A stretch of 63,742 nt of DNA, filler included, from Phoronis australis (Eukaryota; Animalia; Phoronida), in NCBI GenBank assembly GCA_002633005.1. It is 7 parts of 6 records of this genome, joined end to end, with 100 filler letters (N's around TTAATTAATTAA, not from the genome) between each part and the next. Parts side by side here need not be neighbours in the genome. Positions count along the whole stretch, not along the records: positions 32,461 to 45,668 come from NMRA01000186.1; positions 45,769 to 51,713 come from NMRA01000068.1; 5 more parts are not named here. The stretch is one strand, 5' to 3'. Positions 36,315-49,758 of this stretch are shown piece after piece (position 1 is the first letter of the stretch; each line of letters begins with the position of its first letter). The translations under genes and the position numbers were made by a program. The notes beneath the pieces were generated by a model. The model saw nothing but the letters and a program-made list of their open reading frames with translations, did no database searches and was not told where the DNA came from.

Positions 36315-37747
36315 ATTTTTTATTATTGTGACATGTGTTTAAATGAATTTAAACAATGAATGCGTTACAAAGACTAGGAACACCCAGCCCTCCACGGGGC
36401 TTATAAGTCACTTTAGATACATGATACAAAAAAGAAAAGACAAGTGTACACGCATTGCAAGAGGACCAGAAAGAGAAGGCCGAGATAAAAGTGATCATAA
36501 ATAAATATAATTTTTCCTTACTTCAAAAATATTTTTGATGGAAACTGAAGTTTTTCTAATAACATCTTTTTGCATGATTGTAATTAGTTTACTTTCACAG
36601 CTTTCTGCACGGAATTGTGGATATTTAATCTCAACTTGACAGTAAAAGGTGTTTCTGGCATCTAAGAAAAAAAGGGGAAATGTCTAGCTGTACATGTGCA
36701 TGCACTTCACTTCAGCAAAAGTCAGACTTCAACCAACTCTAATTTAGTCCCTCAACTCAGTTGTATCAGACATTTGCTGACACACAATTATGTTACTAGT
36801 ACATTTATATTGACAGCGCCCCGCTACAAAGTAAATATGACAAAACTCAATGGTCGTAAACTCTACCTGCCCTGTCCTACATACCCAGGCATTGATACAT
36901 GTACATGTACGCTGTGAGAATCAGAAGACCATAAACAGGGCAGAATACAAAAATGGTGATTTCCTCAAGCAAGACATTTGCCTATTTAAATAGCTTGCCA
37001 GGCTACATAATATTTGTCCCATCTCTTGAAATCTACAGAAACAACCCATCTACCGTCCCATTATAACATTGTGGGGTGTAGTATTCTTGCAGTATCCATT
37101 CCTTCGATCCTGCCCTGTTCCCAATAACCTGGCTATATTTAATGAATCTTCGAATTGGTGTTCGCTTTGTAAAAATGCCCAACTATCAATCTTGTAGTCA
37201 CTTTTTGTGCTTCTTTGTTGTTAGAAAACAACAGATATCTTGGAGAGAATAAGGTCACTAAACCCTTAAAGAAACATCGGACTAAGAAGGAAAGTCAGGT
37301 AAATGACCCCGAAAAAACGACTTTGATGGGTGTTCTACGGACCAAATTAAGTTGAACAAAATTGTTTCTCACTCACAAAATCAGTCTATTTCAGTTTCAA
37401 TTTTTAATCCTCGAAAGACCAAAAAATTATATCAATGATTCTGGATCTAATACCAGAAGTCAAACTTTATTTTTGATGTTTTCTGCTATAACTAAAGATA
37501 CGTGTTAAGACCCTTTAATTCTGTGCTCAAGTATGATTTTCTTGGATGATTTTCTAAAAATCCTTGTTTGCACTTGATGATCCTGACATTAAAGCCATGA
37601 GCTTATACCTGAAATCCCGTGTTGTTACCAATATTAGTTCCTAGATACTACACAGTACACACGCATCTCGATGAACATGATTCATCTGCAAGATGGCGGA
37701 CCACTCCGCTCAACGAAAGCCACGTGATGTCAACTCTAGTTATACAT

Positions 37748-37911
37748 ATAGATTATTACATGGCGAAGTCGTTATCCCCCGTTATCTAGAGCCCGAGTGG
37801 ATTTTGGAGAATTATCGCCCGAGGGGCGTCAGCCCCGAGGGTGATAATTCTCCAAAATCCACGAGGGCTCTAGATAAGGGGGATAACGGCTGAGAACATG
37901 TAATAATCTAT
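37748..37911. repeat. Near-perfect 164-bp palindrome, likely the end of a Crypton-like non-autonomous element (to ~38386)
   Basis: atagattattacatg...tggattttggagaattatcgcccgagggg(cgtcag)ccccgagggtgataattctccaaaatcca...catgtaataatctat. Confidence 0.8.
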
Positions 37912-40543
37912 TTATACCACATACTAAACGAGAAACATTGCAATGAATCGATTTACCTTTTCTGACTCTCCACGGCTTTGTAACTACTTTCTATGTCAGA
38001 GGCCNAAATTTAAAATTGTGTACATTCGTGTTAACACACTATCTCCCTAAGTTCAGTCGAGAACTGGGCCATTGGTAGGCGCTGGTGGAACTATTTCCGT
38101 GACAGCGATAACCTGGTTCCCGGGCCTCACAAGCTGACGTCACGGATTGCTTGTGAAGGCCCAGGTACAGGGCACTAGAACGATGGTTTTCATTGGCTGT
38201 CAGCTGGCAATTTTTAACCAGGGAGTTTGCTCTGCGCATGCTGACATCCGGTATTACGTTATCAGGTCGCTAGGTGTCGCGAGAGTAAAAGTTATTTTGC
38301 GACTGGGTCGCGTTTGCGGTCGGGGGTAACTCTCTGGTGAGATAGCTGTTGATATATTGTGATATTACCAATAAACTGTAGTAAAATCATGTAATTATCG
38401 ATTCCTTACTAGGAAAATAAACCTGAATTAACAATGGCTTCACTCTTTTCACTTGGCATTTTTTTCAGTTTCATTGTTTGAACGCTTTTTATGAACTGAA
38501 AACGTCCCGAAATAATGGATTCTTCCCTGCTGTAAGATCTTACTGCAGGGGGTGATCCAGGATTTTGAGTTAGGGGGTTGGGGCAAGGCAGAGTATTTTG
38601 CCCGTCAAACATTTGCACCCCAAGCTGCCAAATGGAATCTGGGAGAATTTTTGGCAGGGCCATGGCCCCCTTGCTGCCCCCCCTTTCCCCTATCCGTCTC
38701 TGTACAGAGTTACAGTAGATACTGCTGGCACCCAATTTCCACCACTTCGCAGCCTACACATTATTCATCCTCTAGAACGCCACGATTTTCGACCCTCCAG
38801 GTATAGCCACAATTCTCAAGCAGGTGAATTTAACCTGCGTGATTATCAAACTTAGTGGAGAATGATTGGCCATAAAGTTCGAGGATGCACTGAAAACATT
38901 AACTTCCAAGGACATCCAGAACACCTCGGGTGTTTTTGTAACCTCAAATTTTACTTAATAGGTGAATGCTCTCTGCATGTGTGCGGACTTCAGTTTGCCT
39001 ATTAGTGTCAAGATTGAAAATCACGTGACTTGCCATATTTTGGATAACGTTCATCTCCGAGAGGATATTTGAGGCTACGAAAATACCTGAAGTATTTCTA
39101 AGAAAAATTTGTAAATGTAAATAGGAAAATAGCGTAGGTGCTCCAGATGTTCCGAGGGTAAATTTGTAGCTACGAAAATATCCGAGAGGTGTTCCAAATG
39201 GGCCCTAACCTTTAGTTTTGTACATAATCGAGTATTAGAAGAATCTCCACCCATTTAGACAGTGGCTAAAAAACATTATGTTTGTGGTCCGAGGTTTAGA
39301 CTTCAATAAAATTGTAGACTAATGTTTCAAATGCACAATCTTTTTGTAAGAGCTAATGCTAACAAATGAATCCTTTCGTAGTAATTCTTGGACAGCTGTC
39401 TTTTTCACCCATTAAGCTTGAAGAAGAAGGCTCAGAGATTCCTGTTGTCAAAAATGAGTCTGGTGTCCAAGGTCTTAAAAATACAGGTATCGTATTAAAA
39501 CCCCTTTTGCAATAGGAAAAAGGTACCATTTGCAGTGTCTTTAACTTCCAGAGTGAAACCCGTTGAATTCATGGGGGGAAAAAGTTTTGCTTTGGTAGGG
39601 ATTTTTTCAAGCACCATTTTGAAGAGAAACCCAGTTGAGTGTCGTGACTTGTATAAACCTGTGGGAGCACCCTCTTGGAATGGTTTTAGGAGGGTACTCT
39701 GAAAGCCCAAGGATGGTGGAATGAACCCTATCCCTATACCTAACAATGTGTGTTGAACATCTTGGAAAGTACAAGCACAATTGTTGATTTCAGAATGCGC
39801 TTATCAGATGGTGTCTTCTAGCTTCCAGATTTCCTTCGAATTAAATCCCTTTAAGTTGCTATAAATGCGTCCTATGAGAAAAAGAATAAATTTTGACCTG
39901 AACAACTTACCACTATATACAGGAATTGAAATGACAATAAGAGGAAAATTTTCCAGGTGATCTATTATTTCACAAATAGGCTTGTGTGATAAAAATATTT
40001 TTGCGTTGTAAAATTAAACTGAAATGTTTTTGCATGAATCAAGCCAAAAATGATGATAAAAAGAAGCTGGAAATCAAATAAAAGGAAATAAAAACAAACA
40101 AGGAAAATTCCAAGACCTGTATATATCACTGTCTCAACTTGTTCCTTAGTGGACTTGGAAGAATTCAAACTTTCAGTTTGTTATTGCTCAAAGCCATGGT
40201 TATTGCACCAGGTCTAAGCAATAACAAACTATCCGTTCAACCGAAGCCAATATACCACATGTAATCTCAGTAAGGAACAGTACAAGATCAAGAGTCTAAT
40301 CACGAGCAAACACATGAAGATTGACATCAGACACTAGTATCCAAATCCAATGCCAATATTCATGTGAGTGCTTGTGATTTTTGCTACTAATTTGGCCAAA
40401 AACAACATTGTTTGTACCAGACCAATCTTATATTCTTACATGACGGTTCTAAAAAGAGTTTGGGTAAATAGCAGCTTCAAAAATAGTACAATTTGTGGAT
40501 AAGGAATGTAAAAAGGGTTCATTTTTTTCAACACAGTTTAGTA

Positions 40544-41518
40544 CAGTGGCGGATCTAGGATATCACAAGGGGGGGGCCCAACATTTTGTCCGGCTGTAAG
40601 CATTTGCGCAAACTGAACCACGATTGTAGATGCGCATAGCACCGAACGGAATTTTTTCTGTTTTTACCTTTAAAAATCAAGCATTTTCCTTGATTGCTGA
40701 AGTATTATCCAAGAAAAAAGGCAAAAAAAAACACGGAGAACGTGTCAAACGGGAAAAACTGAAAGTACCAAAGACTCGAACTCACGACCTGCCGGATAGA
40801 GCGCGCGTGCTTTACCACTACACCACCACGATCTAACTACTAATTTATTACTAAAAGACCTACTTGTTTATGGTCCACAGCGTTTGCTCGCGAAACCTAC
40901 TTCTTTTTGTAATGCTTATTACACGTTTTATATTTTGTGCCATCAATTCTTAACAAAGTTGTCGTATTTAAAGTAGTCTTCAAAAGCCCAAAAGACCAAA
41001 TCCGTTTTTCGCAGTGGCAATAATGACGGAATTGCTTTGGAAATCGTCTTAAGATAAGGTTTAACAAAGAGAGTATTGCGAGTTTCTGAGTGATTCACTA
41101 AGGTTTCGATTAAAATTCACATTTTACCAGCAGCTTCTGTTTTTTCATCGTCACTCAGGTTCCATTTTCTTTAAAAAATGAAGTAAATTTCCTTCATTGC
41201 ACAGTGGAGCAGACGACGGAAACGGGGTCGTAGTGCGCAGCGCCACTGCCGGTCGCCTGGAATATCGCGGGAGAGCGTATCTTTAGCCATAGTTTCGTTA
41301 CGAATGCGCTGTGTTCCGAACTTGACACTTGAAATTGGATTTGAGCCCCCCCCCCAACTCTAAAACTGCACACATTTAAATCTTTTTTCATCCGTATAAT
41401 TTTAATTACCGAGGTTAATTAATAAACTCATCATTTCCCTACGCTCTTACTCTTTTATTTTTTTGCGGCAGCCAGGGGGGGGGGGGCGGGCCCCCTGCCC
41501 CCCCTAAATCCGCCTATG
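40544..41518 (+). mobile_element. hAT5-like MITE (975 bp), 5-bp TSD TAGTA, carrying a tRNA-like segment
   Basis: TAGTA|cagtggcggatctagg ... cctaaatccgcctatg|TAGTA; tRNA-like A/B boxes on the minus strand at ~40772-40831. Confidence 0.85.
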
Positions 41519-44500
41519 TAGTACAGATGTTTTATTATTCTCCACATAGCATTTAAATGCTTTTTGGGCTAAACAGATTCTAGCCCAGTCTTGTATGGAT
41601 TGATTTAAAACCCTGAAAAGGGATTATGCGATCATGTTTTGGGAATACACCTCTAGAGTGAAACTTTCAATCCAAATCGAACGCGAAATTGTTTTTGTCA
41701 CTTCTAGTCCACTTCCTTGCGAGATCAAGATAGTACTTAATGACCACTAGATTCGAGCTAAAATTTGAGTAAAAACTCAAGATTTCTAGTAAAACCTCGA
41801 ACTCGGACTCAAACTTTTAGCTGTAATGCAGGGATCATTAATTGCCATCAATAAGTACTCAAGTATAGAATAAAAGAAACTTATCTCGAATTCAAACAAA
41901 ACTAGAATAGAAAATAACAAAAATAATTCTGAGTAAAAAGTTGAAACCCAGGGCCCAGGTGTTAATTTCATAATGGTTTTTTCTTTCACAAGGCAGTGAA
42001 TGTGCAACTTGAATGGCAGTCGGGTCTTTAGTAACCTATTCCCATGTAGCAACACTGGTGTAGTCAGAATTATTCAAGAGGTTGCTAAACTTGAAATTGT
42101 TGGCAACCATTGACTGTAATGTGAGGCAACATGGAGGCACTGCGTGAACAGGGGGGCAGGGACAGGGAAGCTAGGCAGGAACAAAACTGAAATGAGTTTC
42201 TATCAGGGGAAAGGTTTGCAATGAGGAGGGGATAGCCCTGTTGTGCGCCCACGGCTATGCCCAGACTTAGTACTTCAGTCTATCGCTAAACTAAACCATA
42301 TTTGTAATGAATACATCAGCAAAATAAAGTTCTCGATGGTTAGATAAATTCTTGGCATGTTGTGTGATTTGTAGCTTATGAGTATACTATTTCTAGGAAC
42401 ATATTAACGATGTCAACGTGAGGGTGTTTGCCAGTGCGAATGTTCTGAAGCACTTCACACTGCCCAACTCTTGCCACGAGGAGGCCCCCTCAGTAAGAGT
42501 CAAATTTGTAATTTTGAAAAACTGTTCGAAAAGACCGAAATGTTGACTAAAATTACTGCCGTATTATGTAGATCATAACCACAAGAATGAAACACTAGCA
42601 TGTTGCTCAAAACACTGAGCAAAACATAATGGTAATAGTAACATACAGGGCACCCCACTTTGAGAACCAGTGTTTTCTACTGTATAACAGGAACCTGTTT
42701 TTCACTGAATAGCAGGCGTTAAAACTTGTTCTCAAAATTTGGATTGCCAGTGAGTGACTATTGCCTGGATAACAATCCAACCCAAGTAACGCACAAGAAA
42801 CCGTCAATTTGGGTTTAGTGACCCAACTTAAAATCTTTGAAGTAACCTGAGCTCCCAGTTTTGAAATGTGAGATGTTTTTGCAACTAGTAGTCATTTTAA
42901 CGAACCAGGTTTTTAAAGTTCGCTTGCATACAATGTCTAACTCCAGGATGCTTTGATTACAGCGAACCTTAGTAGTTTCAGAATGTTTAAGAATGGTTCT
43001 GAGATCTTGTTTTGCAATTAGACTGAAATTAATAGATGATTGTTGCAAACTCTACAACACTTGACATCATGTGAACGTGGAAAGAAAAAATGAAACAGTC
43101 GACGAGTCGGGGTCCAGGAGAGAGGAGACTTTGCATAGATTTCATATGACCAAATGTGACACTCTGAACAGTGACTCGGGCATTGCAAAAGTCACCATGA
43201 ATGGATTTATTTCCAAATAAATTCCACACAAAAATACTTACTTTTTGGTTGGTACTGTATAAAATAATCCATTTTAGCACCAAAACCACTGAAGGTTTCA
43301 GATGCAACTGAGGTTTGTTGTTTTAAAAAGAATACAACCCAGAGAGCTTTTTGCTGAAACTCAATTCCCTGTAAATAATAACTTTGCATAATTATGTTAT
43401 CAGAAAAGGGTGAGTTTTTATCTTGCTGACTATACAAAAGAGTGTTTATAATCCTAATTTCGCAGCATGAACAAACACCCTCCGAAATAACTGAATACTC
43501 CGTACGACTGTAGGATGGCAGTCAGAGGCACTGCTGAATGGCACCGCCAAAAGCGATGTCAGTCATTATAAAACTATTGCTAGACTAGTTAATGCTTGTA
43601 TGTTTAGGACCATTGACTGTATTTTTATGCTCCTAACTTCTGTGGGTAGTGACAAGTGTGCCAGTGTATTATACATTACAATGACAATGTCAATGTAATG
43701 AATAGCAGTGATTTCAGCATATATCCTTTTCTGACCCAATTCAACCTTCACGGTAATCACGGGAGCTTACATAACGTACATGAACATGTTAACATACGAG
43801 AGGGTGTGCTCTGAAAAGATCGAGATGCACTCATGCCCTCAGCTACTCCTTTCCCACTATTCGGTGCTATAGTACGCCTAAAATGACTGTTGTGTTGAGA
43901 NGGGCGTGTAAGACAACTTTTTGTTTTTGTAGCCAAACAGTGAAATTTCCATGCATCCTGGTACGTTTCTGGCACTTAACATGTCCCTGGAGTTTTTCTT
44001 GAGATAATTAAAAACCTTATCGATTTCGTCACATGAACTTGGCTCATAAGTTTCGTGAAACCATATTTGTGCACATCTGGGTATGAGTCACACCACCAGC
44101 AAAAAATTTTGTTATCTGCTTACACGCACCTTTTTAGCATACGAAAAAGTGTGGTGCCGGTGTACACAGGGGTTTAGACAACTACCAAACATTGAAGAGC
44201 AAGGAGCACCCACGGGGCGTAAAAACTTGAATATCAGATGATCGCAACAGCCTCAAGCTGTTAAAGAATGAAGACCTGTACTGTTAGTCCGGAAATAAAC
44301 ATGCGTTCTGTCTCGTTACGAGAAAAAATGGCGAACGATGGTGCTCTCAGCTCATAGTCTATTACTAAAAGCAACAATAAACAATTTTAATTGTATCACT
44401 TTATTGCTGAATCACGTTGACAACAATTGAAAAACGTCAAATCTATCAGGAAACAAATCATCTGAAAACAGTTTCACGAAACCAAAACACTCTGTAAGCC

Positions 44501-45445
44501 TACACCGTGGTGAAAATATATAGGCCTACAGGAGTAGGCCTAGTTCGTAGATGGACCAGATGTACACTGAGAGTACACAAAAACTCTGGCCTGGTCCGTC
44601 ACGAGACCAAAAGTACACCTGTGCTTATTATCCCTATAAAAATAGTCGATCTGTCGCGGGACCAAACAGTACTGGTTGAGATAAATAGATTTACAAAGCA
44701 CACCTTGGTTAAAAAACATCACAAGACTAGTTCGCCGAGGGACCAGAAGTACACGGAAACTCGATATCTACACAAATCAAGCTGGCCTGGTCCGTCGTGA
44801 GACCTAAAGCGTACTTTGCAAAAAATTTTGAAGTGAAACTTCTCTCTAGACACGTTTTAATCCCCAGTGGTTGCTCACACGTGTAGTTTACACATCTGGT
44901 GGTCAACTGCTGCGAGAGGTTATAAAAGAAGGGTTTTCGCACCGTTCTGTAGTACTCACTGGAAGAAACAAGTATTGGGTACAGATTTAACTACGCACTA
45001 CGTGAAATAAGATTTTGGATAGGAAGCAGATAGACTCATGTGGAAATACAAACCAGAATCAGTTTCTGTGCGCTCGTAGACCCTCTGGTGTACTGGGTAC
45101 CAAAATTTGAGGTACTCATAATCTAGAAAAAAAACTTATGCTGACGTAAGGAAATCAGTAAACCCGGAAATATAATGTCATTACAACATGGATTGAACTA
45201 ACACTAATTTAATGCATTTTTGGAAGGTTGATAAAAAATTCAGCGATAAGTGAAATCTGTTGAGCCCCCACAACACATTAAGTATCTGTTTCAGGAATAA
45301 ACACAGAGAGTACTTGGAAGGCATACTGGAGCAATAAGTCAACATTGCATCAGTTCAAGAACTTCTTTCACTGTAAAGGAGATGTCCTTCCCTCCTTTTA
45401 TCAACGGTGCATTAACTACAAGGGTGCAGTACGGCTTCGCAAGGT

Positions 45446-45668
45446 GCTATGTGAGTTTGACATGAAGGGAACACAGCCATGTGAGTTTGAGGTGTATGTC
45501 AAGAAGGGAACATAGCTGTGTGGGTTTGAGGTGTATGACATGAAGGGAACACGGCTGTGTGGGTTTGAGGTGTATGTCAAGAAGGGAACATAGCTGTGTG
45601 GGTTTGAGGTGTATGTCAAGAAGGGAACATAGCTGTGAGGGTTTGAGGTGTATGTCAAGAAGGGAACA
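45446..45668 (+). repeat. 39-bp minisatellite running into the contig end
   Basis: Unit gtgtgggtttgaggtgtatgtcaagaagggaacatagct, about 6 copies including a shortened first one. Confidence 0.95.
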
Positions 45669-45768
45669 NNNNNNNNNNNNNNNNNNNNNNNNNNNNNNNN
45701 NNNNNNNNNNNNTTAATTAATTAANNNNNNNNNNNNNNNNNNNNNNNNNNNNNNNNNNNNNNNNNNNN
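45669..45768. other. Artificial contig linker
   Basis: N-run with a central TTAATTAATTAA. Confidence 0.98.
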
Positions 45769-47082
45769 AGTCTAGCTTGGTTGTCAGTGGGAATGAAATG
45801 GTCAAAAATACAAGAAAGAATAAAGTTTCTGTGCTCATCTGCTGGGCTTTTTATGTGAAATAATTGAAAACATGCCATTCTTTGCATCCTGTTTTTGACA
45901 GAGTGAAGAAAAGGTTACAAATCAAGTGATGTGTGTTTTGCTAGGCAAAACCCAGTGAGAACTGTTCTGTGCCTCCTAAACAAAATCCAGACAACCCTGA
46001 TCCAGTGGCTTATGCCCAAACAGGTACAGGACATAAAGACTTGTGTAAGTGATGGTGTTGTGGTTGGTATACATCCGACCAAGGCATGCGTATTAATGCC
46101 CACACACGGAATTCTGTGTGTTGCTCATCATCATGTTTCCACAGGGCCACTTTTCAGTATAGGTGGCGCTGTGTCAGAGGGTACAGTTTGTAAAGCCTCT
46201 CTAAATCTCTTGTTAAGCAGCCTCTTGTCTAAACGGTTTGCACACGTGGCTCTCACCATGGATACCTCTGTAAAATTTTCAACATTGAAATTGGCACCTA
46301 GCCTTGGTGCAAAGCTGTATAACACAGCTTTGCGCCGATGTGGGTGAAAATCTGATGAGATAAAATCTGACACAAAATTAGTGTTATTAAAAACTACACT
46401 CTTCCTTGAGTAAACTAAATTAATTTACCGATGTTGGAAACTTGACATTTTCACTGTTATTCTGCTGCTACAATTGTGGTATGATCTTGTGTATCAGCTT
46501 TCGGCGCCATGAAATATTTTGTCACCTTTTGGCCAGTTCCTTTTTTCACTGATTCTTCAATAAACTGTTGTTCTTTCACACGGTTGCGTACACGTCACAA
46601 CAAATTATCAGAGATAGTTTCACTGATCATAAGTTTTTAGAATTTTGATACCATGCAGCAAACCGAATTTCAGAACAAATTTTGCTGTGAAGCTGTCATA
46701 ATCTCCCGAGAGAGTTTAGGAAATTGTTGCATGTGCGTGTCCCGAACGATGACATACTTTTCTTTGTTACAAAAGGCGGAGAATCACACAAGAAAATAGT
46801 GTTTATGAGATTGTTTTCACTTAAACAGCTGTGACGGGCTAGGTCAATATCAGTTGAATTCCAGATTTTGCATGCACCTCGGCCAGTCTTTAGCTCTACA
46901 TGTTGATGCAAGTTTCACGGCGAGGTGACAAGCAGAACTACCGCGGTTGTGTGCAACTTCGAGGTCCGTCAGCACTGAACATTCAGTGGTACCTATCTGT
47001 ATTTTGATGATAGTCTTCATACAGCTAGCTGGCTGGTTAATTGGCACCTAAAAATGTAGCCTTGATTCAAAGCTGTATATCT

Positions 47083-47450
47083 AATTGTTGTATTCCTACA
47101 GGTTCACTGGCCAGGCTTCCAGAAGTACTCACCAGTTAAAACACAGCTATCCAAGCTTGAATAAAACAAACTTGTGGTGCTCGTCCCTGATGGCCTGATT
47201 GCAATGCACACTGAAAGACTGCCAGCAGCATCCCACCTGTAGATAAAACAGACATCCGGGGAGCCATAAAATTGACAAATACCAAGACACCACTGAAAGA
47301 TCAAGGACAAATGTGGACCATTACACCATTCCCCTCTTCCCTAAAAAAGTCTGTGTCCACCCGGGAATCAACATCATTTGCCAAGTACAAATAACATCCA
47401 AAAAATTTAACAATTTCCCCCCTTACCCAAAACAAAACCACCACTAAGTA
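47083..47450 (+). repeat. Repeat A, copy 1 (left of the TatD relic)
   Basis: Direct match to 49759-49998 (aattgtt.tattcctacagg...ccagaagtactc.ccagttaaaaca.agcta.ccaagcttgaataaaac) and inverted match to ~49451-49590 (ctcttccctaaaaaa...ccacccgggaatcaaca). Confidence 0.85.
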
Positions 47451-48494
47451 GACCAAGATATGTTTTGCAATACCGATTCGGACTTGCCGTGTGTCACGGA
47501 TGTTCCAAGCGAGCGGGAGGACTCGACCCAGTCACTATCTCGGCCTGGGGTATTGGATGACTAACCCATAAAAGATATGTCCGAGAATCAGTCTAATAGG
47601 AAGGAGCCAGACCTTGAGTCCATACTTGACGACTCTGTTGAGATGATCGCATCTCCCCGTTCGATAACCTCTTCAGTTTCTTTATCGACACCCACAGATT
47701 TCCTTCCCAGCCCCTCTTCCCCCATGATTGTGGATTCTATGGTGTTGGCCTCAGCCCCTCAGTCCTGTAATGCCCCTGCCAGTGTTGGGAGATTATAATC
47801 TGGGCATTTCCAGAACCCTGCGGTGCAGATGGTAGATTACCTTATAAAGCCCACTGACCAAATGCAGTATCCTTTGTGTCCCTTCCACGTTTCTCTTGGT
47901 GAACATGAGCTGTTATGACAACATGCGGTTGCGTTGTCATCTTCCTCCACTGTTTTCGGCCAACAAGGCTGATGTGGTTGCCAGCCCTCAACTTCATTGA
48001 GAGAGATACGAGTCCCTGGCCTACCTGTTTTTCGTCCTAGAGGAATGACGTAGCATGAGGGACTCACTAGATCTCGTGGATCGGTGTAACCTGGTATGCC
48101 GAGGCCTGAGCCAGCCGCCATGGATACTCCCCTAGATCAGATGGCAATGTCCGTCATGTCTACCACATTGGGCTGGGACATGAATTTGAGCTTCCATTGG
48201 TATAGTGATCGTGCTATTACTTTAGAAATTATCTGAAAGTGACCGTGCCAGGTGGTTTGTCAGTACTCATAATGTCCAGCTCCCTCAGTTATTCCTTAAC
48301 TCCCTATCATCCTCGGAGGTCGGACCTTTGCCTTAAATATCAACCCGGCTCTGCCTAAGATCTTGGTCCAGTAGAAGCAGGTCCAGCCGATGTCAACTAC
48401 TAAAACCTCAGCTACCCGTACCGCTAAAGCTCCACTACTAGGCCCTCAGATAACTGCCCGTATGTGTCCCATACCATCATCCCCAATACCCAGG

Positions 48495-49243
48495 GCAGTC
48501 AAGGCACATTTTCATTTAGACCAGTTGTTATTCCCCTGCCAACGGTTTGTTTCTGATTTGTCAGACAAGCTACTGACAATCACAGACCTGGTTATCCTGG
48601 GTTCGGTACTCCGTCCGAACTACCAGTGCGTCTAGTGGCAGATGTCACGGTTATCTGTGACTCCATCCATTACAAGTTTGTGACGGAAACAACAGGAGTG
48701 TTTCCTCTGGGTTGGAAAGCAGCCATTGGCTTCCACCCGAAGAACGGAAAGTCCCATTCCAACATGCTTGAGGAGACCATTTTTGAGCTCCGTCAGCTTC
48801 CTAATGTAGTCGCCCTGGGCAAGTTGGGACCAGAAAAGGTCATGGCAGTGCCAAAGTACAGCAGCGAGTACTGCACCTACATCCATGCGATCAAACTTCT
48901 CTGTTGCACGTTGGTCACCAATTTTTGAGAAATATGTTGAGTGATGTCTTGCCCCGTGCCCAATCTATCCACTTCTACTGTTCACTTTCAAGGTGTTCCG
49001 TAATGTATATTTTGGTTTTGCCGCCCATGTTCGCCAGTTCCAGCCTACTTAAGTGAAAGTTCTGGCAACAGTGCCCTTGAATTGACTTCTGTTGGAGGCC
49101 AATTCTCCCATTTACTGATGTCGTCTTGTCCTATGGTCTCATATTACATTGGGGAAGTGGCCTTAAGAATAGCACGCATGCGTCATTACAGTGCTGAATA
49201 CATCTTGGAACACTCAATCTCCCTAGTGAGCATTTCTAGGTGA
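48495..49243 (+). pseudogene. Intronless TatD-family metal-dependent nuclease, pseudogenised
   Basis: Ordered motifs across frameshifts: AHFHLD (48504), AIGFHPK (48722), PNVVALGKLG (~48800), IHFYC (~48967), NVYFGF (49002), VPLN*LLLEANSP (49072), YIGEVA (~49146). Confidence 0.85.
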
Positions 49244-49450
49244 TTGTGTCCTTGGAGGATGGGATGGATTCCTACGAGGTTTTCTGTTTTTGATTTGCTT
49301 GATGTGTTCGCGTGTGCTGGAACTTCAAACTCTTTATTTTATGGTACTTCTAACTTTAACCCATGTGCATTTATTTATTCTGTGATTCTAGGGAACTGTC
49401 CTTGTCTTACTAACTCTCTAAAGTTTCTTCTTTTAGGATGGGGGGTATGG

Positions 49451-49590
49451 TTAAATTCTTTGGATATTCTTTTCATAATTGTTGATTCCCGGGTGGTAAC
49501 CACTTTTTTTAGGGAAGAGAGGAATGATGTAATCATCAACGTCAGTGGCCCTTCGTTTTTTCTGTGGCATCTTGTGATTGGTCTGTTTTT
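49451..49590 (-). repeat. Repeat A, inverted and more diverged copy (right of the TatD relic)
   Basis: Reverse complement reads tcacaagatgccacagaaa...gattacatcattcctctcttccctaaaaaaagt...ccacccgggaatcaaca...atccaaagaatttaa, matching ~47280-47412 and ~49945-49995. Confidence 0.75.
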
Positions 49591-49758
49591 GTTGTTCTTG
49601 TATGTATTGGATATAAAAGAGGTGGCGCCAATGATCAAATCCTATTCTGCAAACCATATCGCATCGTCGATGTTGACAACTGTTTGTGTGCCGCTGCAGT
49701 GACACAGTAATTTTAATCAGTAAGTACTCTTAGAAACCTAGCTAGTGCCAACTATGCC

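Noticed and set aside
42620-43310. Possible Ulp1/C48 protease relic on the minus strand (H..QIDG..C-like)
   Set aside because: Too decayed; the catalytic His/Asp motifs cannot be placed with confidence.
45900-47047. Possible long decayed minus-strand ORF next to the TatD cassette
   Set aside because: Many stops and no recognisable motif. Worth rechecking only if it recurs beside other TatD copies.
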